Source of the DNA: Phycisphaerales bacterium UBA3158
GTDB lineage: Bacteria > Planctomycetota > Phycisphaerae > Phycisphaerales > SM1A02
Direction: 5' to 3'
DNA length: 50,912 bases
Assembly (NCBI GenBank): GCA_002364555.1
Contig: DEYM01000086.1
Coordinates: 1-50,912 of the forward strand
The position numbers and the translations under genes were made by a program. Shown piece by piece: positions 1 through 9,284 of the stretch. The notes beneath the pieces are model-generated. The model saw only the letters and a program-made list of their open reading frames with translations. It had not been told where the DNA came from and ran no database searches. Each line of letters opens with the position of its first letter. Positions within the stretch are counted from its first letter, which is position 1.

Positions 1-85
1 CGTCCAGCCCGATGGACTGGCCACGCTGGCTCAGCTGCCGGTTCCAGCGGGGAGTTGGCGAGTATCGGGCCGCACTGGCCAGATC

Positions 86-733
86 ATGCTTGTCCGGCAT
101 GGTGACGAGCTCGAGGTGAGTCCGATCGATCCTCTTGATGGCAGCCAGTCCTCCTGGGAGGTACTCCCGGAGGGATCCGTTCTGGGAATCAGCACATGGT
201 CCTTGATGGTGTCGCTTCTGCTAACGGGCCTGGTTCTCATCATTCTTCTCAGAGGGGGTACGACAACAGAGGCCTCATGGCCGACAGGGGCGATGCCGAT
301 GGCTCCCTTTGGCCGTTTGGTTGCATTGGCTGTTGATGCGATCCCGGGGCTCATCGTGACCATGGTGTGGTTCGATGCCAAGCCGAGAATCATTCTGGAT
401 GCCTTCTCGCTTTCACTTCTTCCAAAGGAGTGGTTGATCTACGGCCTGCTTGTTCTGATCACCTGTCTTTGGACTCTTTTCTGGGAACTGGCGATTCGTT
501 CCTCCCCGGGTAAATTGTTGATGGGTGCCTACTTGGCGAATTTGGACGGCAGTCGGCCTGCAACTGGTCGGTTGATCCTGAGATCGGCCTTCAAATGTCT
601 GATGCTGCTGTTTCCAATACTCATGGTCACTGCCTTGAGGCCACCATCACTGCAGAGTCTTGGAGATCAGTTCTCTCGAATTCTTGTTCTGGAACGTGTG
701 GCTCGCAAGCCGGCTCAAGATGATCAGGAATGA
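86..733 (+). CDS. RDD-family integral membrane protein (N-terminus may lie upstream of the window)
   Basis: ORF 86..733. The same frame has no stop between nt 2 and 85, so the true start may be off-window. It has several hydrophobic helices, and the segment GKLLMGAYLANLDGSRPATGRLILRSAFK is typical of RDD-domain proteins. Confidence 0.6.
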   Translation: MLVRHGDELEVSPIDPLDGSQSSWEVLPEGSVLGISTWSLMVSLLLTGLVLIILLRGGTTTEASWPTGAMPMAPFGRLVALAVDAIPGLIVTMVWFDAKPRIILDAFSLSLLPKEWLIYGLLVLITCLWTLFWELAIRSSPGKLLMGAYLANLDGSRPATGRLILRSAFKCLMLLFPILMVTALRPPSLQSLGDQFSRILVLERVARKPAQDDQE

Positions 734-930
734 GAGACATCGATTCGCTCAATGAGATTTGTGATAAAGACGCCTCTCTGGGATATCCAGAAAGGGCTTT
801 AGTCATGGAATGCACGCTCCTCCGCCGATAGAACGAAACGGCAGTGAACGGAGTCACTGTGATTTCATAACCCCAAACAGGCTCAGGATGAGCAGATCGC
901 CTATCGAGCGATCGAAAGGGGACGGCGAGC

Positions 931-3405
931 ATGGCCGATGACGCGGCTTGGAACAAGGATGTTCCGGGCGAACGTGAGAGAGAAACCCTGCTGGGTCACA
1001 GCGATCAATTCAGTGGAGGGGCACACCCCTCCTTGCTGAAACGATGGTGGCCAGCATGTCTGGTCGCTTCGGCAACAACAGTGCTTGTTGGAGCGATTGT
1101 CGTGCTCCTTGTTCAATCGTCCGATTCAACAGCTCACCAACTGGAAATGGCCTCCAAGGCTATTCAGGCGGGTGAATATGACTTGGCAGCTGCTGAACTT
1201 CGCTCCATTCGATTCGATCTGGAGGAGGTCCCAGACGAGTCCGAGCTGGCTGAATATCACATTCTGGCGGCGGATCTGATCAGAGCTCGGGAGTCCGCCA
1301 CAAGTCATTGGATACCGGCCAATGCTGAAAAAGTGGTTGCTCATCTGGGTTCGGCGTACAAATTTGGCGGTAACTTCGCCGCCAAGGACTATGAAACACT
1401 GGCTTTGGCGCATGCCTATGCAAACCAGTTGGCAGCTTCCGAAGACGCATTGAAGGGGCTGATCGCTCATTCTGAACCGATTTCGGATGACATCCATCAA
1501 GCTCAGATTCTGACTGTTCGAAGAGCTCAGGCTGGAAAGGCCGGAATCGAGTCCGGTCTGATGGCAGCTGAACGTCTGCCGTTCCTGAAGGCCTTGAGGG
1601 AAGATGTCTCCGCTACTCCGGATGATTTGATCTGGACCTCGGCCACCATCGCCAGAATTCATCTTGATGCTGGAGATCCTGCGGATGCCGCCATCGGATT
1701 GCATCGAGCCATTCGAAGACTCGAAAGCAGGGGCGGTCCAGCCTCTGCAGAACTGCTCGTCCTGCTTGGTCGTTCGAATCGTGATCAGGGGCAGCTCGAT
1801 ACGGCTCTCAGGCCACTTCAATACAGTCTTGACATAGCTAGACCCCAGGATCCTGTTCGGGCCGAGGCCATGGTCATACTTGGTGATGTGATGAGCCGTC
1901 AGGGCGATCTGGAGACGGCCAGGGGCTGGTACGAACGATCAATCAGTGACTTTCCATCATCTCCGAGTGTTCTGGCAGCGCTGGCTGGAAGAGGTCGTGT
2001 TCGAGATCTCCTGAATCAGCCGGATCTGGCCATGACGGATTTCAGAGAGGCAACAAGGCGTCTTGCTCGAGGAGATCGACATCCTGATGTCAATCTGGCA
2101 ACGATGGAAGCTGTTCTGCTGGATCGGTTTGAATCATCTCTGACTCAAGGTGAAACACTGCATGCACTGAGGCTGGCACGTCTGGCTGGCTCACTTCGTC
2201 CAGAGGATCAGCGGGGGACACGCGTGTTGACCGCCATCGCGGTCTCGGCCGGTCAGGTCGCGTCCGATCGAACGGATCGCATGGAGTCCAGAGATACCGG
2301 ATGGGATGCTGACGAATGGGATGACATCCTGGAATTGCATGCGGAAGCCGGTGGTTCGTATCTCGCTGCGGCCAATACATCCAGTCAGGATGAACTCGGC
2401 TGGTCGGATGCGATGTTCCAGGCGGGACGGCATCTGGATGCCGCGGGACGACAACGACAAGCAATCGGCGTCCTGACGGATTACGTCAATGCCGCCGACT
2501 CGAGGGATCCGCGTCGAATAGAGGCCATGTTCAGACTTGCCCAGGCATTGGAGGCCGATCTCCAATGGCAGGAGGCGGCCAACTGGTATGCCCGGATCAT
2601 CGACAATCATCCCCACAGTCTGGACGCCACGAGGTCATACGTACCCTCCGCTCGGTGTCTGTTGTCACTTGGTCAATCGACCGAGGCCCGATGTCGACTG
2701 GAATCGGTCGTCGATGGCGAGACGACCCTGATGCCGGGATCCGAGGATTATCGAGACACCCTGGTCATGCTCGGTCGACTGTCCATATCCGAAGAGGAAT
2801 ACTCCGATGCCGTGAATCGACTTCGTGAAGCGGCAGATCGATGGCCGGACCATCCGGACACCGCTCTGGTGCTCTTCGACATCGCCTCCGCACGCCGATC
2901 GCTGGCTCAACAGATCGATGGCCAGTTGAATCACGACAAGCTTGCACCCAACAGACGTCAGCAGCTGACGGCTGATCGTCTTGAAAATCTTTGGGAAGCG
3001 GCACTGACCTTCGATCAGGTCATGGAACGGCTTTCCGATGCACAGCCGCCCACGCCCGCACTCCAGCGTTGGCAGCGTGCCGCCGCCATCTCCAGATCCG
3101 ATTGCCTGCTCGAGACCGGGCGACTGAAGGAGGCCATCGTGGGATACGAGGCCGTTGCTCGGACATGGCCTGATCATGCGGCTGCCATCCACGCGCTTGT
3201 TCAGGTGGCATCCGCCTGGACGACTCTTGGTGAATTCGATCGAGCCGATTCCGCTCACAATCGCGCCTTGAAGCGACTCGGCGACATTCCAGACGAGCAG
3301 CTCGATCAATCCGAGGGATTCATGAATCGAGAGGTCTGGGAGCGATGGATGAACACCGTTCCTGTTGGAACCGATCTCTTTGCTGGAGTGCCGATAGCAG
3401 AATGA
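931..3405 (+). CDS. Membrane-anchored TPR-repeat protein
   Basis: 824-aa ORF with one N-terminal TM helix (WWPACLVASATTVLVGAIVVLLV). Long helical repeats with TPR-like A/L/Y/G periodicity follow (e.g. AEAMVILGDVMSRQGDLETARGWYERSI, EAMFRLAQALEADLQWQEAANWYARII). Its stop overlaps the next start in an ATGA at 3402-3405. Confidence 0.7.
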   Translation: MADDAAWNKDVPGERERETLLGHSDQFSGGAHPSLLKRWWPACLVASATTVLVGAIVVLLVQSSDSTAHQLEMASKAIQAGEYDLAAAELRSIRFDLEEVPDESELAEYHILAADLIRARESATSHWIPANAEKVVAHLGSAYKFGGNFAAKDYETLALAHAYANQLAASEDALKGLIAHSEPISDDIHQAQILTVRRAQAGKAGIESGLMAAERLPFLKALREDVSATPDDLIWTSATIARIHLDAGDPADAAIGLHRAIRRLESRGGPASAELLVLLGRSNRDQGQLDTALRPLQYSLDIARPQDPVRAEAMVILGDVMSRQGDLETARGWYERSISDFPSSPSVLAALAGRGRVRDLLNQPDLAMTDFREATRRLARGDRHPDVNLATMEAVLLDRFESSLTQGETLHALRLARLAGSLRPEDQRGTRVLTAIAVSAGQVASDRTDRMESRDTGWDADEWDDILELHAEAGGSYLAAANTSSQDELGWSDAMFQAGRHLDAAGRQRQAIGVLTDYVNAADSRDPRRIEAMFRLAQALEADLQWQEAANWYARIIDNHPHSLDATRSYVPSARCLLSLGQSTEARCRLESVVDGETTLMPGSEDYRDTLVMLGRLSISEEEYSDAVNRLREAADRWPDHPDTALVLFDIASARRSLAQQIDGQLNHDKLAPNRRQQLTADRLENLWEAALTFDQVMERLSDAQPPTPALQRWQRAAAISRSDCLLETGRLKEAIVGYEAVARTWPDHAAAIHALVQVASAWTTLGEFDRADSAHNRALKRLGDIPDEQLDQSEGFMNREVWERWMNTVPVGTDLFAGVPIAE

Positions 3406-3878
3406 CTTCTACCGGAACATCGAGGATGGACATGGATTCACTGGTGGCGGTGATGTCGAATGATCTGGAGAACCAGCGATCACTTCTGCAGAAGCTGCTT
3501 CATCTGGCCACGGCACAGAGACGACTGATCGAATCGGCCGAACATGATTCGCTTCTGGCCTTGGTTCATGAACGGCAGGCGATCGTCGAGGAACTCGTCA
3601 CGGTGAGATCGTCAGTGAACGACAATCTGGAATCACTTCGGGAACAGGCGGACAGCCTGAGTGATGAGAATCGCCAGTCGCTGCAGCGGAAGATGGACGA
3701 GACTCGTGAACTCTCGAAGCAGGTTCTGGCGATTGACACCCAGGACGTGGACAGGCTGATGGAAACCAGAAGCACTTGTCAGGAAAAGCTGGCGGGAATG
3801 ACCCATGTGATGAATGCCAGAAAAGGCTATCAGCACAGTGGACAGTCCTCTCCTCGATTTGCGGATGCGAAGGGATGA
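3402..3878 (+). CDS. FlgN-like flagellar chaperone-family protein (tentative)
   Basis: The ATG at 3402 overlaps the upstream TGA (ATGA). The protein is all-helical, and its N-terminus LENQRSLLQKLLHLATAQRRLIESAEHDSLLALVHERQAIVEEL resembles the FlgN family pattern. It sits in a flagellar context. I placed the start at the ATGA overlap rather than at the longest ORF (3345). Confidence 0.5.
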   Translation: MTSTGTSRMDMDSLVAVMSNDLENQRSLLQKLLHLATAQRRLIESAEHDSLLALVHERQAIVEELVTVRSSVNDNLESLREQADSLSDENRQSLQRKMDETRELSKQVLAIDTQDVDRLMETRSTCQEKLAGMTHVMNARKGYQHSGQSSPRFADAKG

Positions 3879-4831
3879 GCATGTCTCCATCATCGACATC
3901 TCAAGTGGACGACATCCCAGCCGGGAGAAATCCTGGCGCGGCCGGCATGGACATGGGGCAGCTCCAGGATCTCATGCAATCCTTCAATGTGACCGCTGAA
4001 AGACTTCATGAGACCCATGAGACGCTCTACAGCCAGGTCCAGACTCTGGAGCACGAGCTGGCCGAAGCCAACGATCAGCTTCGCCGATCACAGCAGCTTG
4101 CGGCACTCGGCGAGATGGCGGCGGGTATTGCCCACGAAATACGAAATCCACTTGGCTGCATCCAGCTCTATGCACAGATTCTGGTCGAGGATCTCGAGGA
4201 CAGGCCCGATTCGATCGATCTTTGTCGAAAGATCGGCACAGCCGTCAGAGGCATGGAGTCGATCGTCAAGGATGTGCTCCAGTTCGCCAGAGACACGTCG
4301 CTGCATTCGGAGCAGACAACCATCGGATCGCTTCTCGATCGGGTGATCGAGGACGCCCAGGGGTTGCTCGTGTCCGAGCGGGCGACTGTGACCCGTCGAG
4401 ATCTCGCTGATCAGGTCATGATCAATGCCGACTTGACGTTGATGACACAGGCCGTCGGAAACATCCTTCGCAACGCCGTCGAGTCCATGATCGACATCGA
4501 CATGGATCCCAGGGAAGTCACGCTTGAGACCAGTCTGATCCGGAAGCTGAGAGTCGATGGCGATCGCCCGTGCACCGTCTCGATATCGATAGGGGACAGG
4601 GGTTGCGGCATCCCCGAGGATCTGATGCATAGATTGTTCAATCCATTCTTCACCACGCGGGCGACGGGTACGGGACTTGGTCTCGCGATCGCACATCGGG
4701 TCATCGATGCCCATGGCGGAGACATCGTGGTCGGTTCGCGTGAAGGTGGTGGTTCGGTGTTCGAGATTCATGTTCCGGTTGAATTATCAGGTCAGGCCCT
4801 GCCTGAATCTGTTTACGCAGGGGTGCGATGA
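3875..4831 (+). CDS. Cytoplasmic (sensor-less) histidine kinase, HisKA + HATPase_c
   Basis: H-box AAGIAHEIRNPLGCI places the His at about residue 87. N-box NILRNAVES, G-boxes DRGCGIP and GTGLGLAIAHRVIDAHGGDI are present. There is no TM helix or PAS-sized domain before the H-box, only a coiled-coil segment. ATGA overlaps occur at both ends (3875, 4828). Confidence 0.85.
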   Translation: MSMSPSSTSQVDDIPAGRNPGAAGMDMGQLQDLMQSFNVTAERLHETHETLYSQVQTLEHELAEANDQLRRSQQLAALGEMAAGIAHEIRNPLGCIQLYAQILVEDLEDRPDSIDLCRKIGTAVRGMESIVKDVLQFARDTSLHSEQTTIGSLLDRVIEDAQGLLVSERATVTRRDLADQVMINADLTLMTQAVGNILRNAVESMIDIDMDPREVTLETSLIRKLRVDGDRPCTVSISIGDRGCGIPEDLMHRLFNPFFTTRATGTGLGLAIAHRVIDAHGGDIVVGSREGGGSVFEIHVPVELSGQALPESVYAGVR

Positions 4832-6234
4832 TGGCGAGAATACTCGTAGTTGATGACAAGGAACTCATGCGTGACAGCGTGGGTACGATGCTTTCCAGGC
4901 GTGGTCATTCGGTGATCGCGGCAGCCAGTGCGGAGATCGCACTCGAGAGACTGGCGAGTCGTCCGGTCGATGTCGTCGTGACCGATCTGCAGATGCCCGG
5001 AATGGATGGTCTCGAACTGATGCGGACGATTCGCGAGCGTGATGAATCCGTTCCAGTGATTCTGATGACGGCGTTCGCCACAGTCGAGACGGCGGTCGGC
5101 GCCATGAAAAGCGGTGCCTGGGACTACATCACCAAGCCCTTTGGTGGTGACGAGATGCTGGCCACCATCGAACGAGCCGTGGAACACGCCAAGATCGTGC
5201 AGGAGAATCAGGTACTCAAGGTGCAGGTCGCATCAGGTGGGAACATCTCACCCTCGGGTCACGATCTGGTCGGCGGAAGCGATGCGATGAATGAGCTGAG
5301 AACCCATCTTCGTCGAGTCTCCGGCAGCCACAGTACGGTTCTCATCTGTGGAGAGTCAGGCACCGGCAAGGAAGTGGCCGCCCGTTGGATTCATGCGAAC
5401 AGTCCTCGGGCCGATCAGCCCTTTCTCGCGATCAACTGTGCTGCCTTGTCGACCAGCCTTCTGGAGTCGGAGCTCTTTGGCCATGAAAAGGGCGCGTTCA
5501 CAGGTGCGGACAAGTTGAGAAAAGGCCGTTTCGAACTGGCCGATGGAGGCACTCTGCTACTGGATGAAATCAGCGAGGTCTCTCCGGATACCCAGGCGAA
5601 GCTGCTTCGTGTCCTCCAGGAGCGATGCTTCGAGAGAGTCGGTTCCAGCGAGTCCAGGCCCGTCGATGTCCGCATCATCGCGACGACCAATCGAAACCTT
5701 TCCAACGAGATCGAGGCGAACAGATTCCGTCAGGATCTCTTCTTCAGATTGAATGTCCTTCCCTTGAACATGATGTCGCTCCGTGAGCATGTCGATGATA
5801 TTCCCGACCTGACCGAGCATTTCCTCAGAAGGGTGGCTGTTCGAGAAGGCCGGGAGCCTCGTCGTCTGTCCACCGAGGCGCTTGGCTGTCTCCAGGGCTA
5901 TTCATGGCCGGGCAATGTGCGTGAGCTTGAGAACATCTGCGAACGGGCGGCTGTTCTCGCGGAAGGGGATGTGATCACCGAATCGCTGATTTCCCCCTGG
6001 TTGTCATCAGCTCCATCCATGTCGTTGGGCGCATCGTCCATGAAGTCGACCGAGCATGTCGAGATGAACTGTCGGCCACTTGAAGAGGTGGAGCGAGAGG
6101 CCATCGTCGCCACGCTTCGCCGTTTCAACGGACATCGCCAGAGGACGGCAACTGCTCTGGGAATCGGTGTTCGCACCCTGGGGCTGAAGCTCAAGAAGTG
6201 GAAGGAGGCTCAGCTCGTATCGGCCAGTCTTTGA
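4828..6234 (+). CDS. Sigma-54-dependent response regulator (NtrC family; FlrC/FleR/FlgR-like)
   Basis: REC domain (VDVVVTDLQMPGMDG). AAA+ domain with Walker A GESGTGKE, the GAFTGA sigma-54 contact motif (EKGAFTGADK) and Walker B LLLDEI. C-terminal Fis-type HTH (RQRTATALGIGVRTLGLKLKKW). Confidence 0.92.
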   Translation: MMARILVVDDKELMRDSVGTMLSRRGHSVIAAASAEIALERLASRPVDVVVTDLQMPGMDGLELMRTIRERDESVPVILMTAFATVETAVGAMKSGAWDYITKPFGGDEMLATIERAVEHAKIVQENQVLKVQVASGGNISPSGHDLVGGSDAMNELRTHLRRVSGSHSTVLICGESGTGKEVAARWIHANSPRADQPFLAINCAALSTSLLESELFGHEKGAFTGADKLRKGRFELADGGTLLLDEISEVSPDTQAKLLRVLQERCFERVGSSESRPVDVRIIATTNRNLSNEIEANRFRQDLFFRLNVLPLNMMSLREHVDDIPDLTEHFLRRVAVREGREPRRLSTEALGCLQGYSWPGNVRELENICERAAVLAEGDVITESLISPWLSSAPSMSLGASSMKSTEHVEMNCRPLEEVEREAIVATLRRFNGHRQRTATALGIGVRTLGLKLKKWKEAQLVSASL

Positions 6235-6240
6235 CGATCG

Positions 6241-6256
6241 AGGCGCAGATCTTGCG
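6241..6256 (+). promoter_or_regulatory. Candidate sigma-54 (-24/-12) promoter upstream of flgB
   Basis: aGGCGCAGATCTTGCg compared with the consensus TGGCACG-N4-TTGCW. GG (6242-6243) and TTGC (6252-6255) have the canonical spacing. It lies 27 nt upstream of the first flgB ATG and directly after the sigma-54 activator gene. Confidence 0.4.
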
Positions 6257-6282
6257 CACATCATCCATCTGGCAACGCCCTC

Positions 6283-6762
6283 ATGGCTTCATTGGAGCCC
6301 GGTACGGAATTCGCTGGGATACACATCATGATTGATGGCTTGAACAATTCGGGGAGCCTGCCGGTGATGCAGAAGGTCGTCCAGTTCGCGGCTGGAAGGC
6401 ACTCGCTGATCGCAGACAATGTGGCGAATATCTCGACTCCGGGATTTCGTCCTCTGGATGTCTCGCTCGAGGAATTCCAGTCGACCCTTGGAAATGCCGT
6501 CGATGAGCGACGCGATAGTGGTCAGGGGCGATTTGGGGCTCTTGATGTGAACTCTACTTCGACGATCGAGTTCATGAACGACGATGTTTCGCTCCACCCG
6601 GTCCCCATGGCTGAAAACCTGATGTTTCAGGATGGAAACGACCGCAGCCTGGAGAAATTGATGCAGGGACTGGTTGAGAACTTCCTGACCTACAGAACGG
6701 CGGTCGAGCTGATGAACAATCAGTTCGACATGCTTGATACGGCAATACGAGAACGAATCTGA
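6283..6762 (+). CDS. flgB: Flagellar basal-body rod protein FlgB
   Basis: Rod-protein N-terminal signature IADNVANISTPGFRPLDV. Position is immediately before flgC. An alternative start at 6328 (MIDGLNN) would give a more typical length. Confidence 0.88.
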   Translation: MASLEPGTEFAGIHIMIDGLNNSGSLPVMQKVVQFAAGRHSLIADNVANISTPGFRPLDVSLEEFQSTLGNAVDERRDSGQGRFGALDVNSTSTIEFMNDDVSLHPVPMAENLMFQDGNDRSLEKLMQGLVENFLTYRTAVELMNNQFDMLDTAIRERI

Positions 6763-6780
6763 TCCGAATGGAGAACTGAC

Positions 6781-7188
6781 TTGCTCTTTGGCGCCCTTGA
6801 CATCTCGAGCTCTGGACTGGTCGCTCAACGTCAGAGAATGACGGCGATTGCCGGGAACCTGGCCAACATCGAGACCATTCTCGATGCGGAAGGCAACTAC
6901 GAGCCCTACCGGCGTCGCATCCCCCTGTTTTCTCCGGGAGATCCATCCAATGGCAGTGATCACGGAGTTCATCTGTCGGGAATCGCATTGGACGATGGTC
7001 CTCTTCAGATGCGCTACGAGCCGGATAGTCCCTGGGCAGATGAGCAGGGGTATGTCGGGTATCCGGACATCTCATTGGTCATCGAACAGATGAATGCCAT
7101 GGAGGCTTCCAGGGCATATGAAGCGAACATTACCGTTGCAGAGGCCACGAAGTCGATGTACAGCATTGCTCTGGAGATTCTGACCTAG
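6781..7188 (+). CDS. flgC: Flagellar basal-body rod protein FlgC
   Basis: TTG start. N-terminal LDISSSGLVAQRQRMTAIAGNLANIET and C-terminal MNAMEASRAYEANITVAEATKSMYSIALEIL are both canonical FlgC signatures. Confidence 0.92.
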   Translation: MLFGALDISSSGLVAQRQRMTAIAGNLANIETILDAEGNYEPYRRRIPLFSPGDPSNGSDHGVHLSGIALDDGPLQMRYEPDSPWADEQGYVGYPDISLVIEQMNAMEASRAYEANITVAEATKSMYSIALEILT

Positions 7189-7211
7189 GGCGATGCCTCT
7201 GGAACCTCACC

Positions 7212-7517
7212 ATGAACGATCCACTTGGACTCATCACAGGACCGTCCGCTCCGGGAAGTCTCGCCGCTGGCAAGCTGGCAGACTCCAAGCCGGCTGGTGC
7301 GGACTTCGGGACCGTCCTGAAGGCCGAGATGGCTCAGGTCAACGAGCTCCAGGAAGCCGCTCAGGTGGCAGCCGAGGACTTCGCGGCCGGACGTCGCGAT
7401 GACATCGAGAGTGTTCTCTTTGCGGCCAGAAAAGCCGATACGGCTTTCAAGATGCTGTTGCAGGTACGAAACAAGGTTCTTGAAGCCTATGAGGAGGTCA
7501 AGCAACTGCGTATCTAG
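7212..7517 (+). CDS. fliE: Flagellar hook-basal body complex protein FliE
   Basis: 101 aa. The C-terminal DDIESVLFAARKADTAFKMLLQVRNKVLEAYEEVKQLRI is typical of FliE. Gene order is flgB-flgC-fliE. Confidence 0.88.
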   Translation: MNDPLGLITGPSAPGSLAAGKLADSKPAGADFGTVLKAEMAQVNELQEAAQVAAEDFAAGRRDDIESVLFAARKADTAFKMLLQVRNKVLEAYEEVKQLRI

Positions 7518-7616
7518 TTGAATGGCAAGTGATCCACTGTTGTCTATGGTCCATGGATGGACGGATGACCAGACAGTGAAGACCGTTCACTCGATCAGGC
7601 AGGATGCCGAAGATCG

Positions 7617-9284
7617 ATGACAATTTCTGGGGATATGACAAGAACCTATCTTGACCGCCTGCGAGGTCTTTCGGTGCCGACCCGAATGCTGGCAGGTGCT
7701 GTAGCCGTGATTCTGGTCATGGGCTTTTTTCTGGTTTCACTATACGCGGGCCGTTCGACGATGGTTCCACTGCCGGTCACGCTGAGCAGTGACGCGAAGG
7801 TCAGGACGGTGGCCTACCTGTCGACTCATAATCTCGATTTCGAGGATACCGGTTCCGTCATTCTGGTGAACCAGGATGATCGGGATCAGATCGTGAGCCA
7901 ATTGAACGAGGCATCCGTCATCACACCGGATCAGATCGACTTCGACAAGATGGTCAATGACGAGCGGATGTTCCTGACGAAAGGTCAGCAGCGAACGCGA
8001 ACACGTGTCGCGACACAGAATGTCCTGGCCAGAATGATCTCTCAGATGTCGCAGATCCGTACCGCCACCGTGGTCATCAGTGTTGAGAACGACCATATTG
8101 GAATCGGCAGGGCCTTTATTCCGAGAACGGCCTCTGTGACCGTGGTGACCGAATCCGAACCACTCAAATCGGAAGGGGTCGATGCGATCGCCCGAATGGT
8201 CGCTGGCTCGATCGCCGGTCTGAAGGCGGAGTCTGTGTCGGTGATCGATGCCCGGACGGGCAGAGCCATGGCGGCACGATCCGGAGACGCCATGGCGTCG
8301 ACCAGAAACATGGAAACCAAGCTTGCCGCGGAGAAAATGGCGCATATACGGCTTCAGGAGTCGCTTGGTTACATCAAGGGAATCCGTATCAGCGTCAATG
8401 CCGTGGTCGAATCACGGGAAATCGTCCGTGAAACGACAAGCTACGAGGATCCCAAGCTTGGTGTCACTCAGGAGACGCTCTCCGAGTCGACCAGGACAAC
8501 ACCATTGAATGGTCGTGAGCCTGGTATTCGAGCCAATTCGGGCCTTCGAGTGACCATGCCGCTTCCAATCGCAGCGAGGTCGGGTCCGGCCAGCGCCGAC
8601 ACATCCGAACGGGTCGAAAGTGTTCCAGCCTTCGGACGAAGTGATCAAAGAGTCATTGATCCTGGTGGCTATGCCCTCGAGATCAATGCGAGTATCGGTA
8701 TCCCGAGATCCTATTTCGTGGCACTCCAGAAGCAGCGAGCCGAAGCAGGTGCTGGACAGATGCCAGAGGGCGGTGTCATGGATCAGCTCATCGAGACCAC
8801 GCTTGAATCCATCGAGCTGCAGGTGATGCCCTTGATCGCCACTGGCTCGGCTGAAGGCATGCGACGAGGAGAGGTCACGGTCGCCGTCTTCGAGGATGTG
8901 GCGGTACTGGCCCAGAGCACTTCGTTCACACCGGTATCGGGAGGCTGGCAGGAGGCTTCTGTCTGGACGACCTGGCTGCCGACGGCCGGCCTGCTCCTGC
9001 TGGCGATTCTGGCAGTTGGAATGATGGCTCTGATGCTGCGTCGGGTCGGTGCCGTCACTCATGACGCTCGTCCCGCGATCGAATCCATGGATACGGGACT
9101 TCTGGCGGAGGATGTCGAGGTCATCGGTGAAGTCGATGATGCCGATGTCGTTCTCGACGGGATCGAGATCAACAATGAAGAGGTTCGACGACGAGTCATG
9201 CTCGATCAGATACGCGAGGCAGTCCAGTCGCGTCCAGAGGAATCCGCCTCTGTATTGAGAAGATGGACGAGGACGGAGAGCTGA
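7617..9284 (+). CDS. fliF: Flagellar M-ring protein FliF
   Basis: 555 aa. N-terminal TM (LAGAVAVILVMGFFLVSLYA), a YscJ/FliF-type periplasmic region and a second TM (WLPTAGLLLLAILAVGMMALML). The C-terminal FliG-binding tail is MLDQIREAVQSRPEESASVLRRW. Confidence 0.9.
   Translation: MTISGDMTRTYLDRLRGLSVPTRMLAGAVAVILVMGFFLVSLYAGRSTMVPLPVTLSSDAKVRTVAYLSTHNLDFEDTGSVILVNQDDRDQIVSQLNEASVITPDQIDFDKMVNDERMFLTKGQQRTRTRVATQNVLARMISQMSQIRTATVVISVENDHIGIGRAFIPRTASVTVVTESEPLKSEGVDAIARMVAGSIAGLKAESVSVIDARTGRAMAARSGDAMASTRNMETKLAAEKMAHIRLQESLGYIKGIRISVNAVVESREIVRETTSYEDPKLGVTQETLSESTRTTPLNGREPGIRANSGLRVTMPLPIAARSGPASADTSERVESVPAFGRSDQRVIDPGGYALEINASIGIPRSYFVALQKQRAEAGAGQMPEGGVMDQLIETTLESIELQVMPLIATGSAEGMRRGEVTVAVFEDVAVLAQSTSFTPVSGGWQEASVWTTWLPTAGLLLLAILAVGMMALMLRRVGAVTHDARPAIESMDTGLLAEDVEVIGEVDDADVVLDGIEINNEEVRRRVMLDQIREAVQSRPEESASVLRRWTRTES

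Noticed and set aside
824-831. GCCGATAG resembling the sigma-28 (FliA) -10 element GCCGATAA, upstream of the TPR gene.
   Set aside because: No TAAA-like -35 element lies at the required spacing of about 15 nt; the sequence there is ATGG.
6270-6315. Two further GG...GC elements near the flgB start: TGGCAACGCCCTCATGGC (6270-6287) and CGGTACGGAATTCGCT (6300-6315).
   Set aside because: The first has TCAT where TTGC should be. The second has correct GG-N10-GC spacing, but it lies inside the longest flgB ORF and would give an essentially leaderless mRNA for the 6328 start. The 6241-6256 element is the better candidate.
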